From Patescibacteria group bacterium (GTDB lineage: Bacteria; Patescibacteriota; WWE3; UBA101185; UBA10185), in NCBI GenBank assembly GCA_026004595.1, contig BPJL01000006.1:12299-76298 (forward strand): DNA of 64,000 nucleotides. The letters are read 5' to 3'. The first letter of the stretch is position 1, and every line of letters begins with the position of its first letter. Below the pieces are notes generated by a model. It worked only from the letters and a program-made list of their open reading frames with translations, was not told the DNA's origin and did no database searches. This document shows positions 30,082-39,753 of this stretch, one piece after another. The translations under genes and the position numbers were made by a program.

Positions 30082-30157
30082 GGGCTCGTAGCTCAGTGGC
30101 TAGAGCGCTCGGTTCACATCCGAGAGGCCCCTGGTTCGATCCCAGGCGAGCCCACCA
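30082..30157 (+). tRNA. tRNA-Val (anticodon CAC), CCA encoded
   Basis: Manual cloverleaf: acceptor GGGCTCG/CGAGCCC, D arm GCTC/GAGC, anticodon stem CTCGG/CCGAG with loop TTCACAT, T arm CCTGG-TTCGATC-CCAGG, 76 nt. Confidence 0.85.
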
Positions 30158-31198
30158 TTAATAATCATTGAGCGGTACCCTTAGAGTGTTGAGCATTAAT
30201 CTTTTAAGTATGTCAACAAAGGGTATCTTATATAGATCTTCTATGATGTACCCCATTGCCGTATCGCATTCTTTGGGCCCAAAAGCAGGATTGGCGTTGG
30301 CATCTATAAAAAAGTATCTGCCCGATCCGTCCTGCCTTATGTCAAATTTTCCATAATCCATCATTTTTACTGCGTCAAAAGCAGCGATTGACAGTTCCTT
30401 CAAGTAAGGATCTTCGTGTTTTTCATATTTGAAAGAATCGTCTTTGTTTATCCACTGGTCCTCAAATGTAAGGAACACATATTTTTCGTCAGGTTTATTG
30501 AAAACTTTTTCGGCCATATACACTTTTCTGTTTAAACCCTCAAGGATGTACACAGTAATCTCGCGCCCCACAATAAACTCTTCCACCAAGACAGGTTGCT
30601 GGTATATGTCTTTTAAGTATCTAATTCTTTCGCGAAGCGCTTTTTCGTTCTCAACTACAGAATCTTTTGTAATTTCAACTCCTCCGTGTATCTCGTTAAG
30701 TTTGGTTATAAGAGGAAATCTTAAGTGGGGATCAACGGGGTCCGAAGGTGTTGTAAACAGTTGAAAGTTAGGTACCGGTATTTTAAATTGGTGAAGAAGC
30801 TTTTTAACTAGAAACTTGTTGTAGCACAATGCTAAGCCCAAAATATCCGAGCCCGTATATGGCAGCTCTAGGGCCTCTAATATTCCGGGAATTGCAGATG
30901 AAAGATATTCGTTTCCTTTTATTGAGTCAACAAGATTAAAGACCATCTCCGGCTTAACTTTTTTAAGCGCCTCGGGAAGGTCGGCGTTGCCTGGCAGGGT
31001 CATGGCCTCAACCCCAAGTTTTTCGCAATATTTACATACAATTTCTGCGTCTTCCTCCGCGCTTGCTTCGGTTATGTATTGAGCTTCGCTTGGGAAGTAT
31101 TCTCTTTTTATTTCGCTATGGAGAATAGCAACCTTTTTCGGGAGCTCGTACCCATTTCCGTTTTGGCCTATTGAACTTACGCGTTCATTATTTTCCAT
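30158..31198 (-). CDS. ATP-grasp enzyme, D-alanine--D-alanine ligase-like
   Basis: Ddl-like GILEALELPYTGSDILGLALCYNKFLVKKLL and ATP-grasp EEFIVGREITVYIL motifs. Confidence 0.6.
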   Translation of the reverse strand: MENNERVSSIGQNGNGYELPKKVAILHSEIKREYFPSEAQYITEASAEEDAEIVCKYCEKLGVEAMTLPGNADLPEALKKVKPEMVFNLVDSIKGNEYLSSAIPGILEALELPYTGSDILGLALCYNKFLVKKLLHQFKIPVPNFQLFTTPSDPVDPHLRFPLITKLNEIHGGVEITKDSVVENEKALRERIRYLKDIYQQPVLVEEFIVGREITVYILEGLNRKVYMAEKVFNKPDEKYVFLTFEDQWINKDDSFKYEKHEDPYLKELSIAAFDAVKMMDYGKFDIRQDGSGRYFFIDANANPAFGPKECDTAMGYIIEDLYKIPFVDILKRLMLNTLRVPLNDY

Positions 31199-31229
31199 TT
31201 CACCATCTATTAAAAATTAATGCGGGCAT

Positions 31230-32468
31230 CTAGTCAATGAATTCATCGTATAAAAGATCCCAGAGTTCCGTGTACCCGCCATCGTATCCAAGAGCCCATA
31301 TCCCCACTCCCATAAGGTTTTTTGATTTGGCTAACCTATATTTGATCAATAAAGATTCGCGATTTTCGTAAAAAACCTGTCTTTGTTGTCCTGTTTCTAT
31401 ACTTACATAGCTGAAGTAAGGAACCTGACCCAGTTCGTCCCACAGTATCTTTGGCTTTGTTTTTATTATGGTGTCCATTATCCCGCTGTATGGTTGGGAT
31501 TGGGAATAACCGATTTCCTCAGAACCATCTATCCTTTCAGCGTATTTTTTTTCTTCGCTAACTACCCAATTGTATCCATAGTAAGGTACGCCAAGTATAA
31601 GTTTGTTTGGAGGAACTAAAGACAAATAATCTTTCAACATTGTTTCAATGTCGTATTCAGCATGGATTCCTTTTCCGCCGATGGGTGCGACGGGGCCTGC
31701 TGTGTCGGATGTAGGTCTGTGAAAATCATAGGCCATGATAAAAATCCCATCGCTGTACCTAGCCAAATTTTCTAGGTCTGAACTTATCCTGTCTTTTACA
31801 GGCGAGTCCGCAAAGGCAGAAACAACAACTTTAGAGTCTCCGTATTTTGAGTCTAAAGCCTGATTAAGATAATTCGTCAGTTCCGAAAATTTCTTGGCCA
31901 TTTCAATGTTGGTATATTGCGCGTATTCAAAATTTAAGTTCACATCTTTTATTTTTTTGGCATCAAGCTCCGTATAAAGATTTTTCAGCAGTGTGTCCCA
32001 GCACTCCCCGCAGTTCAAAAAAGCATCGTTGTCCTTATCGTTATGCGCTATCACTGTCAAAGCCAGTCTGACGCCGAACCTATTGCAGGATTCAGCCAAC
32101 TGCGCAACTTCTTTACTTTCTTTCCAATTTCTATAGCCGGGTTCCGCAATTCGTGTTCCATTTTCATCTTCTATCGTTTTCACAAATTCGCCCTTACTGT
32201 CGATATAAAGCCCGAAATATGCGATGTCGGTTAATCTGTCTAATTCTATATATTCAAGGTTTGCTAGGGTCCAGTACGGAAGGTATCCATACACAACATA
32301 ATTTGGTTTTTTCCTTTCCTTGAATAGAGAAAGAAAATCAAAAGAGTTGGAATACGGGGTTATGGGATGATTTTTAAGGTCAATTTTACTTATGTAAAGG
32401 CTTGTCCCAGCTAGAAAGACGACAATTAAAAATATAATAAGTAAAGTTTTGACTTCTGGTTTCACCAA
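31230..32468 (-). CDS. Glycoside hydrolase family 18 (chitinase-like) protein, membrane anchored
   Basis: N-terminal TM; GH18 TIM-barrel hallmarks (YVVYGYLPYW, ILGVPYYGYNW, MAYDFH). Catalytic DxDxDxE is DVNLNFEY (two Asp to Asn, Glu retained). Confidence 0.75.
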   Translation of the reverse strand: MVKPEVKTLLIIFLIVVFLAGTSLYISKIDLKNHPITPYSNSFDFLSLFKERKKPNYVVYGYLPYWTLANLEYIELDRLTDIAYFGLYIDSKGEFVKTIEDENGTRIAEPGYRNWKESKEVAQLAESCNRFGVRLALTVIAHNDKDNDAFLNCGECWDTLLKNLYTELDAKKIKDVNLNFEYAQYTNIEMAKKFSELTNYLNQALDSKYGDSKVVVSAFADSPVKDRISSDLENLARYSDGIFIMAYDFHRPTSDTAGPVAPIGGKGIHAEYDIETMLKDYLSLVPPNKLILGVPYYGYNWVVSEEKKYAERIDGSEEIGYSQSQPYSGIMDTIIKTKPKILWDELGQVPYFSYVSIETGQQRQVFYENRESLLIKYRLAKSKNLMGVGIWALGYDGGYTELWDLLYDEFID

Positions 32469-32530
32469 GTAATTTTAAGCATAAATTTTCAATAAATACA
32501 GGTGATGTTTTGGGTGTTAAAAACTCTTGA

Positions 32531-33763
32531 ATGTTAGAATTAGATGTGCTGTTTTTCAGAATTAAAAAATTTAGCTTTTGGGTGTTAGCCTTGTTTTTTG
32601 TATTTAGTGTAATTTTGGTGATAACCCTTGCATTTCTAAAGGAATACCAGAGATATGAAAAAGAAAGAAAGGGGACCGGGCTAGAAAAAAAGGAATACTA
32701 TATTGAAAAACTGCTTGGATCCGAAAAAAGCGCAGAGTGTCAGCTGCAAGAAGTGGAGTTTTACACCTACTCAGGAAACGACCCTTTGTGGAAGGAGAAC
32801 AACAAATATGGGATATATATTTATGCAGAGGTTGACGAGTTTTTTGATAGGGCTGAGGAGCTTGTGAATTCGGGAAAAGGCGATTGGGGGTACGTATTGA
32901 TTCCTTACAATGTCAAGGATAACAACTTTGAGAAATGGAAAAATGTTTTTGCCAAGCTTAAGGAAAAACATTTAATACCGGTAATTCAGTTGCATGATGT
33001 AGATGTGGACAAATACAAGGAGCAAACAAGAAACGCCGCAGAATTTCTTAACAGGTTTGTGTGGCCTATCAGGTATAGATACATCAGTGTCTACAATGAA
33101 CCAAACGATCAGAAATTTTGGTATGGGAAAGTTGATCCTGAAGAATACGCAAAAATACTGAAATATACAATAGATGTTTTCAAAGAGGAAAATCCGGACT
33201 TTTTCATGCTCAACGGTGCATTTAATGTAACTGCTCCCACTGATGCCAACCACATGGACTCGCTTGAGTTTATGAGAAGGATGGAGTTGGCTGAGCCGGG
33301 TATATTTTCAAAACTAGACGGTTGGGCTTCTCATTCCTATCCCCAGCCTAATTTTTCGGGCCACCCACATAACGAAGGCAGATGGAGCATAAAGGCATAC
33401 GAAACCGAATTGGCCTACCTCAAGCAGGTTCTGAAAGTGGAGAAATATTTGCCTGTGTTTATAACGGAGACAGGGTGGGCTCACGCCGAGGGGCAGGAGT
33501 ATAATTCCAGTTATCTACCCGTTGACAAGGTGGCCGAATATTTCAGGATGGCCTTTGAAGATGTATGGCTGAAGGATGATAGGGTGAGGGCCGTCATGCC
33601 TTTTACAATTAAATACGACCCTCCCTTTGACCACTTTTCATGGCTTAACAAAGACAATGTTCCATATAAACATTTCGATGTTATAAGGGATCTAAAGAAA
33701 GTTAAAGGACGACCTCCGCAACTTGTTGTAAACAAGGTTCAAGTGGGGAACTGCGGACAATGA
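32531..33763 (+). CDS. Membrane-anchored glycoside hydrolase, clan GH-A-like
   Basis: N-terminal TM; ISVYNEPN (acid/base NEP) and FITETGWAH (nucleophile TE-x-G) in the spacing expected of a (beta/alpha)8 GH-A fold. Confidence 0.5.
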   Translation: MLELDVLFFRIKKFSFWVLALFFVFSVILVITLAFLKEYQRYEKERKGTGLEKKEYYIEKLLGSEKSAECQLQEVEFYTYSGNDPLWKENNKYGIYIYAEVDEFFDRAEELVNSGKGDWGYVLIPYNVKDNNFEKWKNVFAKLKEKHLIPVIQLHDVDVDKYKEQTRNAAEFLNRFVWPIRYRYISVYNEPNDQKFWYGKVDPEEYAKILKYTIDVFKEENPDFFMLNGAFNVTAPTDANHMDSLEFMRRMELAEPGIFSKLDGWASHSYPQPNFSGHPHNEGRWSIKAYETELAYLKQVLKVEKYLPVFITETGWAHAEGQEYNSSYLPVDKVAEYFRMAFEDVWLKDDRVRAVMPFTIKYDPPFDHFSWLNKDNVPYKHFDVIRDLKKVKGRPPQLVVNKVQVGNCGQ

Positions 33764-35037
33764 AATTGAGCATAACTCATAAAAAAATCGCTGCCAACAC
33801 ATCCTACCAATTGGTAGGAAAGTTTGTAAGCCTGTGTGTGACGGTTTTGGCGACAATAATAATTACACGTACTTACGGAAGGGATGTTTATGGTCAGTTC
33901 AGTTTGATGCAGGCATGGCCCGCGCTTTTTTTCATAGTTGTTGATTTTGGGTTGAATGCTATAGCAACACGCGAAATCTCAAAAGATTGGAGTAAGGCAG
34001 GGGTTTACTTTGGAACCGTAATGCAGATAAGAGTACTGTTTTCCTTTTTGCTTATGCTTTTTCTGTCAATGGCCCTAGCCCGCTTCCCTTATAGTGAGGA
34101 TTTAAGGGCCGGGGTGACCCTTAGCCTTTTTTTGATACTTACTCAAGCTCTATTTACCTCTACAAACATAATTTTTCAGGCTAGGTTGAGATATGATCTC
34201 TCAACAATAGGGTATTTAGCGGGATACGGATTGATTCTTGCGCTCATATTTTTTCTATCAAGCATAAGGGCCAACGTGATGTGGATCAGTTTCAGTTATG
34301 TTCTAGGTGGCATACTTACCTTCGTAGTTAACTATAAATTCTTACTGTCTTTAGGCGTGAAGCCTAACTACTTTTTTGACGGCAAGGCTTGGAAATATTT
34401 GCTGTCGAGCTCACTTCCTTTGGGGTTAATGTTTATTTTTAGCCAAATAAATTTTAAGGCAGACTCCCTCCTGCTTTCGGTTCTGCCTGTTCCGTCTTTT
34501 TTGGGAGTTTCCAACAATGAAGCGGTCGGTCTCTACTCCTTGCCATATAAAGTTTTTGAAGTGGCCTTGGTTATGCCTACATTCTTTATGAATTCTGTTT
34601 ATCCGGTTATGGTTGTGCATATGACGGAGGGCAAAAAGAAACTGAAGCAAACTTTAAAGGATTCATTAAAGTTTTTAGTTGTTGCGGCCTTACTTTTCTC
34701 CGTAGTGGGATATTTTCTTTCTCCGCTGGCGGTTTACGTTCTTGGAGGCAAAGAATTTGCTGCTTCCGTCCCTGTTTTAAGAATACTTATGGTGGGGCTT
34801 GTGCTTTATAGTGTTACCCAGCCGTTAGCCTGGTTGATAGTTACTTTAGGATTTCAAAGGTATCTGCCCGTAATTTACTTGGTGAGTGCTGTTTTCAACG
34901 TGGTTATGAACTACATTCTCATACCTGTGTATTCTTTTTATGGTTCAGCTGTAATTACACACCTTTCTGAATTGTTGATACTTTTTATGCTGATGCTGAC
35001 CGTCAGAAAAGTCTGGAAAAAGACGTATGGCGCTTAA
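33760..35037 (+). CDS. Polysaccharide/oligosaccharide flippase (Wzx-like, MOP superfamily)
   Basis: About 12 TM; N-terminal pattern (ANTSYQLVGKFVSLCVTVLATIIITRTYGRDVYGQFSLMQAW) typical of Wzx/polysaccharide biosynthesis proteins. Confidence 0.7.
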   Translation: MKLSITHKKIAANTSYQLVGKFVSLCVTVLATIIITRTYGRDVYGQFSLMQAWPALFFIVVDFGLNAIATREISKDWSKAGVYFGTVMQIRVLFSFLLMLFLSMALARFPYSEDLRAGVTLSLFLILTQALFTSTNIIFQARLRYDLSTIGYLAGYGLILALIFFLSSIRANVMWISFSYVLGGILTFVVNYKFLLSLGVKPNYFFDGKAWKYLLSSSLPLGLMFIFSQINFKADSLLLSVLPVPSFLGVSNNEAVGLYSLPYKVFEVALVMPTFFMNSVYPVMVVHMTEGKKKLKQTLKDSLKFLVVAALLFSVVGYFLSPLAVYVLGGKEFAASVPVLRILMVGLVLYSVTQPLAWLIVTLGFQRYLPVIYLVSAVFNVVMNYILIPVYSFYGSAVITHLSELLILFMLMLTVRKVWKKTYGA

Positions 35038-36199
35038 GTTTCTATATTATTTGCTTTTAACGTTGCTAAGCTTGGGGCAGTTATCACGCGTTGGTAATTT
35101 TTACCTCTTTGACCTAGCAGCCGCTGTTTTTGGTTTGTATAGCCTTTTTTACTTTTTGGTTCGCGGAAACTTAAAATTACCAAGATACTCGGTATTGTTT
35201 TTCATTTTTGGTCTGTTAGCTGGCGCGTCTCTTATTTTTAACGCCTACAAATATGGGGAAGGAGAGCTAGGAACGGCCCTTTTCTATCTTCTAAGGTACT
35301 TAGTTTATGTTTTAGCCGCGATTGGAGTTTATAACATGCTTCGGTCTGGAACTATGAGTTTCAAAGATCTGGAAAAATCATTGATCGTGTCCGCCTTGTT
35401 TTTATGTTTTGCTGGTGTGTTTCAGCTTGTCGTTCTGCCCGACTTTAGTGTTTTGGATCCGTCTCTTGGGTGGGATCCTCATAAGAATAGGGTAGCTTCA
35501 ACCTTTTTTGACCCAAATTTTCTTGGGGCTTATTTGGTGGTCGTAGCTGCAGTCATTTTTGGAAAAATATCGGAAGGGAAGAGAAACAGTTTTATAACTT
35601 TCTCCGCGGTAATAATCGCCTTCTTTGTGTTTCTGACTTTTTCTAGAAGTGCCTGGGGAATGATGGCAGTTGTCATTTTTATTATTGGAGCATTAAAGTA
35701 TAGAAAGCTTTTGGTGCTTGGTCTGATTGTTGCGTTTCTTACGTATTTTTTGGTTCCGCGGGTGCAAACAAGAATTTCGGGTGTCACCGATCCTGCGGAT
35801 TCGGCGAGATTCAGGCTTGTTTCTTGGACAAACGCGCTAAAGATATCTAGCGACAATTTACTTATGGGTGTGGGTTTTAACGCATACCGATACGCCCAGA
35901 AGGAATATGGGTTTCTGACACCGGATAATATATCTTCACGATCCGGGGCTGGAGCTGACTCATCGCTTTTGTTCGTTTTGGCCACTACAGGTGTTTTCGG
36001 TGCTTTGATATATGCGGCCGCATATCTTTTTCCGCTTGCTGAAAATATTTTTTCCGGTAGAAAGGAGAGGTTGGTGATTGTGAGCTTGGTACCTGCGTTG
36101 CTTTTGGAGTCTTTTTTTGTGAATTCCCTTTTTTATCCCCAGATTATGTTTGCCGCGATGGTTATTATCTTTAGCTCGTCTCTTGATATTTTACCTTGA
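35027..36199 (+). CDS. O-antigen ligase/Wzy-like polytopic membrane protein
   Basis: About 10 TM with a large loop containing FSRSAWGMMAVVIF, resembling the Wzy_C/O-antigen ligase family. Confidence 0.55.
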   Translation: MALKFLYYLLLTLLSLGQLSRVGNFYLFDLAAAVFGLYSLFYFLVRGNLKLPRYSVLFFIFGLLAGASLIFNAYKYGEGELGTALFYLLRYLVYVLAAIGVYNMLRSGTMSFKDLEKSLIVSALFLCFAGVFQLVVLPDFSVLDPSLGWDPHKNRVASTFFDPNFLGAYLVVVAAVIFGKISEGKRNSFITFSAVIIAFFVFLTFSRSAWGMMAVVIFIIGALKYRKLLVLGLIVAFLTYFLVPRVQTRISGVTDPADSARFRLVSWTNALKISSDNLLMGVGFNAYRYAQKEYGFLTPDNISSRSGAGADSSLLFVLATTGVFGALIYAAAYLFPLAENIFSGRKERLVIVSLVPALLLESFFVNSLFYPQIMFAAMVIIFSSSLDILP

Positions 36200-36902
36200 T
36201 GGTTTCTTCGTTTTTATTTCCGGCCTCGTCAATTGCCGTTACTTTTATTTCAACTTCTCCGGATTTTACACCAAGGGTGTATTCAAAAGATAAATCAGGT
36301 TTCTGTATGACAATTCTATCGTTTATTTTTAAGGTCGCTTTCTCGTTTATTTTCCCAATCACAGTTATTCTTTTATCTAAGTTTCTCACAGTTTCGCCAT
36401 CTTTTGGGGATTCTATTGTGATTTTAGGTTCTTCGGTGTCAAGAATTATTATAGAGGTTTCACTCGGCTCACTTTCTTCGTTCTTATTGTTTACAGCCTT
36501 AGCGAAAACACTATTGCGGCCTTTTATGAGTGAAATGTCTGAAAATTCAAATATTCCGTCCGCTCCGGTCGTGGTTTGGGCAACTTCGGGGCCGTTGACG
36601 TAAAGTTTGATAACATCCCCTTCATTAGCATATCCGGATAAATTTATATTTTGCTTGTTAGTGGCGGCTGGAACATTGGTTAGAGTGGGGGCCCTTGTTC
36701 TTACGGAGACAATACTGCTGTCATCATTTCGGTTTTTTGAGAGATATCCGAATATTGAACCGAAGGCGGGTGCGAAAAAGACAAAAATAAGGATTACGAA
36801 AACTGCGATACCTAATATCGCCATCACTGTTTTAATGAACTTTCTCGAAAGCTCCTCTTCACTTTGGTTGTAATATGGGCTTCTGTACCTTTTTCTAACC
36901 AT
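36171..36902 (-). CDS. Membrane-anchored protein with bacterial Ig-like domains
   Basis: N-terminal TM then beta-rich Ig-like repeats (VIKLYVNGPEVAQTTTGADGIFEF, KITIESPKDGETV, VEIKVTAIDEAGN). Listed ORF start 37022 overlaps galU; ATG at 36902 (MVRKRY) is preferred. Confidence 0.5.
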   Translation of the reverse strand: MVRKRYRSPYYNQSEEELSRKFIKTVMAILGIAVFVILIFVFFAPAFGSIFGYLSKNRNDDSSIVSVRTRAPTLTNVPAATNKQNINLSGYANEGDVIKLYVNGPEVAQTTTGADGIFEFSDISLIKGRNSVFAKAVNNKNEESEPSETSIIILDTEEPKITIESPKDGETVRNLDKRITVIGKINEKATLKINDRIVIQKPDLSFEYTLGVKSGEVEIKVTAIDEAGNKNEETIKVKYQETS

Positions 36903-36904
36903 AC

Positions 36905-37798
36905 CTATTTTATTATCTCTTCTTTTATAAATGTTTGCAGTTCGTCTTTCAAATCTTCTCTTTGCATTGCAAATTTGAGAGTTGTTTTTATGTATCTTAG
37001 TGGGTCGCCGGTAGTCAACCACTCTCCTTGAATGGGCTGGGCAATGACGGTTTTCCCCTCCTCAGCTAGTTTGTTGAGGATATCTATAAGCCAAAGTTCG
37101 TTGTCTTTACCTGTTGGGGTATTTGATGCGGCCTCAATCACGTTGTAGGAAAAAACAAATCGCCCGAACTGAACTTTGTTGGAGGGAGCTTGTTCTTTTG
37201 GGAGTTTTTCAAATCCCTTTTCCATTGTGTATTTGTAGGGGGCACCTTCCTTGTACTTGATTGTGGCGTAGCGGTGGACTTCTGACCAGGGTACTTCCTG
37301 TACGGCGAGTACAGCTGATGGTTTTTGCTGTTCATATACATCAATTAATTGTTTTGTAACAGGTGTTTCTGAAAGTGTAAGATCGTCGCCGAACATGTAA
37401 ACGAAAGCTTCGTCATCATCTATGAGCTCCTTCACTGTGATTAGGGGCGAACCGTTGCCGTATGGAAGATGGTTTTTCTGCCTGACATAAACGAAATTAG
37501 CCATTTGAGGTATAGACTGGACCATTTCGAGATAATCCAGCTTGTTACTTTTTTCCAGGGAGTATTCGAGTTCCGATCTGTTGTCGAAATAGTCTTCCAT
37601 GATGTGGTTTCCAGCTCGGGTGACGAGAATTATTTCTTCTATTCCCGAGTTGACTGCCTCTTCAACAAGGTAGTGGATTATGGGTTTATCTATTATTGGG
37701 AGCATTTCTTTAGGCTGGTTTTTAGTTGCGGGAAGAAATCTAGTGCCGTATCCAGCAGCTGCAATTACAGCTTTTTTGATTTTGGAGTATTGTTTCAT
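36905..37798 (-). CDS. galU: UTP--glucose-1-phosphate uridylyltransferase
   Basis: KAVIAAAGYGTRFLPATKNQPKEMLPIIDKPIIHYLVEEA is the canonical GalU N-terminus. Confidence 0.9.
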   Translation of the reverse strand: MKQYSKIKKAVIAAAGYGTRFLPATKNQPKEMLPIIDKPIIHYLVEEAVNSGIEEIILVTRAGNHIMEDYFDNRSELEYSLEKSNKLDYLEMVQSIPQMANFVYVRQKNHLPYGNGSPLITVKELIDDDEAFVYMFGDDLTLSETPVTKQLIDVYEQQKPSAVLAVQEVPWSEVHRYATIKYKEGAPYKYTMEKGFEKLPKEQAPSNKVQFGRFVFSYNVIEAASNTPTGKDNELWLIDILNKLAEEGKTVIAQPIQGEWLTTGDPLRYIKTTLKFAMQREDLKDELQTFIKEEIIK

Positions 37799-37878
37799 AT
37801 GAGTTCAATTTTAGCATAAAAAAGAGCAGAGAAGTTTGCCACGGTGATTTGTGGTTTGGTTCTCTGCTAAAGAAAAAA

Positions 37879-38124
37879 TTATTTTTTGGGTTTTTTTGCC
37901 ATTTGGTATGGTTTTTTCTTCGGCCAAATAGACGCAATTGCGGCCGAGAGAAAAATACCTGCCCAAAGGGGGCCAAGACAAAGCAGGCCGAGTGACCCTT
38001 GGTAAGAATCATCCAGTTTCATTATAAATAAAAAACCCAATGCACCGACTGTAAGAAAGAAAAAAAATCCAAGAGCCTTCATTTTAGGCCTCCTCAAATG
38101 GGATAGGCCAACATTATACCCCAT
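37879..38124 (-). CDS. Small 2-TM membrane protein, hypothetical
   Basis: 81-aa ORF with two hydrophobic helices, no motif. Confidence 0.3.
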   Translation of the reverse strand: MGYNVGLSHLRRPKMKALGFFFFLTVGALGFLFIMKLDDSYQGSLGLLCLGPLWAGIFLSAAIASIWPKKKPYQMAKKPKK

Positions 38125-38160
38125 AGTGCGTGTTTTGTCTAATTTGGAAATATTAAAAAA

Positions 38161-38235
38161 TGGAGCCGGTAACAGGATTTGAACCTGTGGCCTTTCCCTT
38201 ACGAAGGGACTGCTCTACCACTGAGCTATACCGGC
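38161..38235 (-). tRNA. tRNA-Thr (anticodon CGT), CCA encoded
   Basis: Reverse complement folds: acceptor GCCGGTA/TACCGGC, D arm GCTC/GAGC, anticodon loop TTCGTAA, T arm ACAGG-TTCAAAT-CCTGT, 75 nt. Confidence 0.8.
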
Positions 38236-38489
38236 GCTTCTATATTCTATCAAATCAACTCGAAGCTTTCGTTAGAGTCAATTTTGTTATACTGGTATAT
38301 AATTATTTCAAGATGTTTAGGAAGCTAAATATACTTCTATTCACAATCACATTAGTGGTGATTGCTCTCTTTGTTGCCTACATAGACAAGATTTTATAAG
38401 CTTTGTTTGCTTATATACTGGCGGGCTAGAAACGGGGCGAAATATCCATGTTTCTCATCTGTGTATAAAGGTAGTATTAGAAGTAATTG

Positions 38490-38564
38490 TGGAGCGGGTG
38501 ACGGGATTCGAACCCGCGACCTTTTCCTTGGGAAGGAAACGCCATACCACTAGGCCACACCCGC
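38490..38564 (-). tRNA. tRNA-Gly (anticodon CCC), CCA encoded
   Basis: Reverse complement: acceptor GCGGGTG/CACCCGC, anticodon stem TTTCC/GGAAA with loop TTCCCAA, T arm GCGGG-TTCGAAT-CCCGT, 75 nt. Confidence 0.8.
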
Positions 38565-38644
38565 ACCTCACGAAGATTATAGCAGTAATGTAGGCATCAA
38601 AAAACACCTAATGCGGCGTTTTTTTTGCTTTTAATTTCTTAAGA

Positions 38645-39187
38645 TTAAGGAAGCACAAGTATCTGTCCGGGCACTATCAAGGCCTGTTTTCCGTTTGGTA
38701 AAAACCCAATATCATTTTTGTTGGCCTCCAGTATTTTTGTCCACTGGGTACCGTCCCCGTAAGCTCCTTCAGCAATTTCCCATAGAGTATCACCGCGTTT
38801 AACTGTGTAAGAGGTTCCTTGGATATCTCCTTGTTTGTAGTTATTGGGCACCCATTCTGCAGGTACAGAAGGTTGAGGAGCTAGCACTTGAGATTTAGCT
38901 GCGGCCGCTAGCTTTTCTGGTTCTTTGCTGTCAGTTGCCGCATTACCATTAATGTCGCCTATCAGTTCTTCTGCCGATCCTCCCACACCCTTCAAAATTT
39001 CTTCCTCGTCTATATCTGTGAATTGATCAGAGCTTTTGTTGAAGTAGTTATAGGCGGCAAAAACAAGAGCTATAATAAATAACCCCCCTATAATAAGAGC
39101 TAAACTATCCCTCTCGCCTACATTTTGCTGTTTTTTTGCTGACATTTTCGCACCTCCTAGTAATGAGGGCAGAGAAAGAATATACAT
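38645..39187 (-). CDS. LysM peptidoglycan-binding domain protein, membrane anchored
   Basis: N-terminal TM (LALIIGGLFIIALVFAAY); C-terminal LysM (YTVKRGDTLWEIAEGAYGDGTQWTKILEANKN...GQILVLP). Start codon overlaps the tRNA-Asp 3' end by 1 nt. Confidence 0.75.
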   Translation of the reverse strand: MYILSLPSLLGGAKMSAKKQQNVGERDSLALIIGGLFIIALVFAAYNYFNKSSDQFTDIDEEEILKGVGGSAEELIGDINGNAATDSKEPEKLAAAAKSQVLAPQPSVPAEWVPNNYKQGDIQGTSYTVKRGDTLWEIAEGAYGDGTQWTKILEANKNDIGFLPNGKQALIVPGQILVLP

Positions 39188-39263
39188 GGCGGGATCGACG
39201 GGACTCGAACCCGCGGCCTCCGCAGTGACAGTGCGGCGCTCTAACCAACTGAGCTACGACCCC
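39187..39263 (-). tRNA. tRNA-Asp (anticodon GTC), CCA encoded
   Basis: Reverse complement: acceptor GGGGTCG/CGATCCC (one G-U), D arm GCTC/GAGC, anticodon stem CCGCA/TGCGG with loop CTGTCAC, T arm GCGGG-TTCGAGT-CCCGT, 77 nt. Confidence 0.85.
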
Positions 39264-39338
39264 TTAATGCATTGTTATAGTAGCAATTTGTTAATTTATG
39301 GTCAATGAACAGCGTAATTCCGAGATTTCATAATAAAA

Positions 39339-39674
39339 GTGGGAGTATGGTATTATTTTCCCACAGATGCAGAAAAGGAGAGGGAGATGGGTAACTTTTT
39401 GTGCGGCCGGATTAATGATATTTTCAGAGACAGAAAGTTTGCAACAAGACTTAACAAGGACAACATAAAAAGAATTGTTGTAGAACCATATCCCGAAGTT
39501 GACGGGGGTAGGGTACAATTTAGGAGGGTAGTTGAATATTCCTTTTCAGATGGCAGTATTAAAGCCATGCCACCCAAATTGAAGGAGGAAATATACAAAG
39601 CTCTGCAAGGTCGCGACGCCCTGGTTGAGGTTATTTTCCAGTGCGGAGCAACTCTATATGTGAAAGTTAGGTAA
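39339..39674 (+). CDS. Hypothetical protein
   Basis: 111-aa ORF (alternative start 39387), no recognisable motif. Confidence 0.3.
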   Translation: MGVWYYFPTDAEKEREMGNFLCGRINDIFRDRKFATRLNKDNIKRIVVEPYPEVDGGRVQFRRVVEYSFSDGSIKAMPPKLKEEIYKALQGRDALVEVIFQCGATLYVKVR

Positions 39675-39753
39675 CCGCTCCAGCGGCTCTTTGTTTTAAA
39701 AAACATTGAGCCGCATTTTTTTTCGCTGTCGTCAAGTCTGCTATTATTAACTT

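Noticed and set aside
38160-38399. Listed + ORF of 79 aa
   Set aside because: It overlaps tRNA-Thr (38161-38235, minus strand) and has no RBS; spurious.
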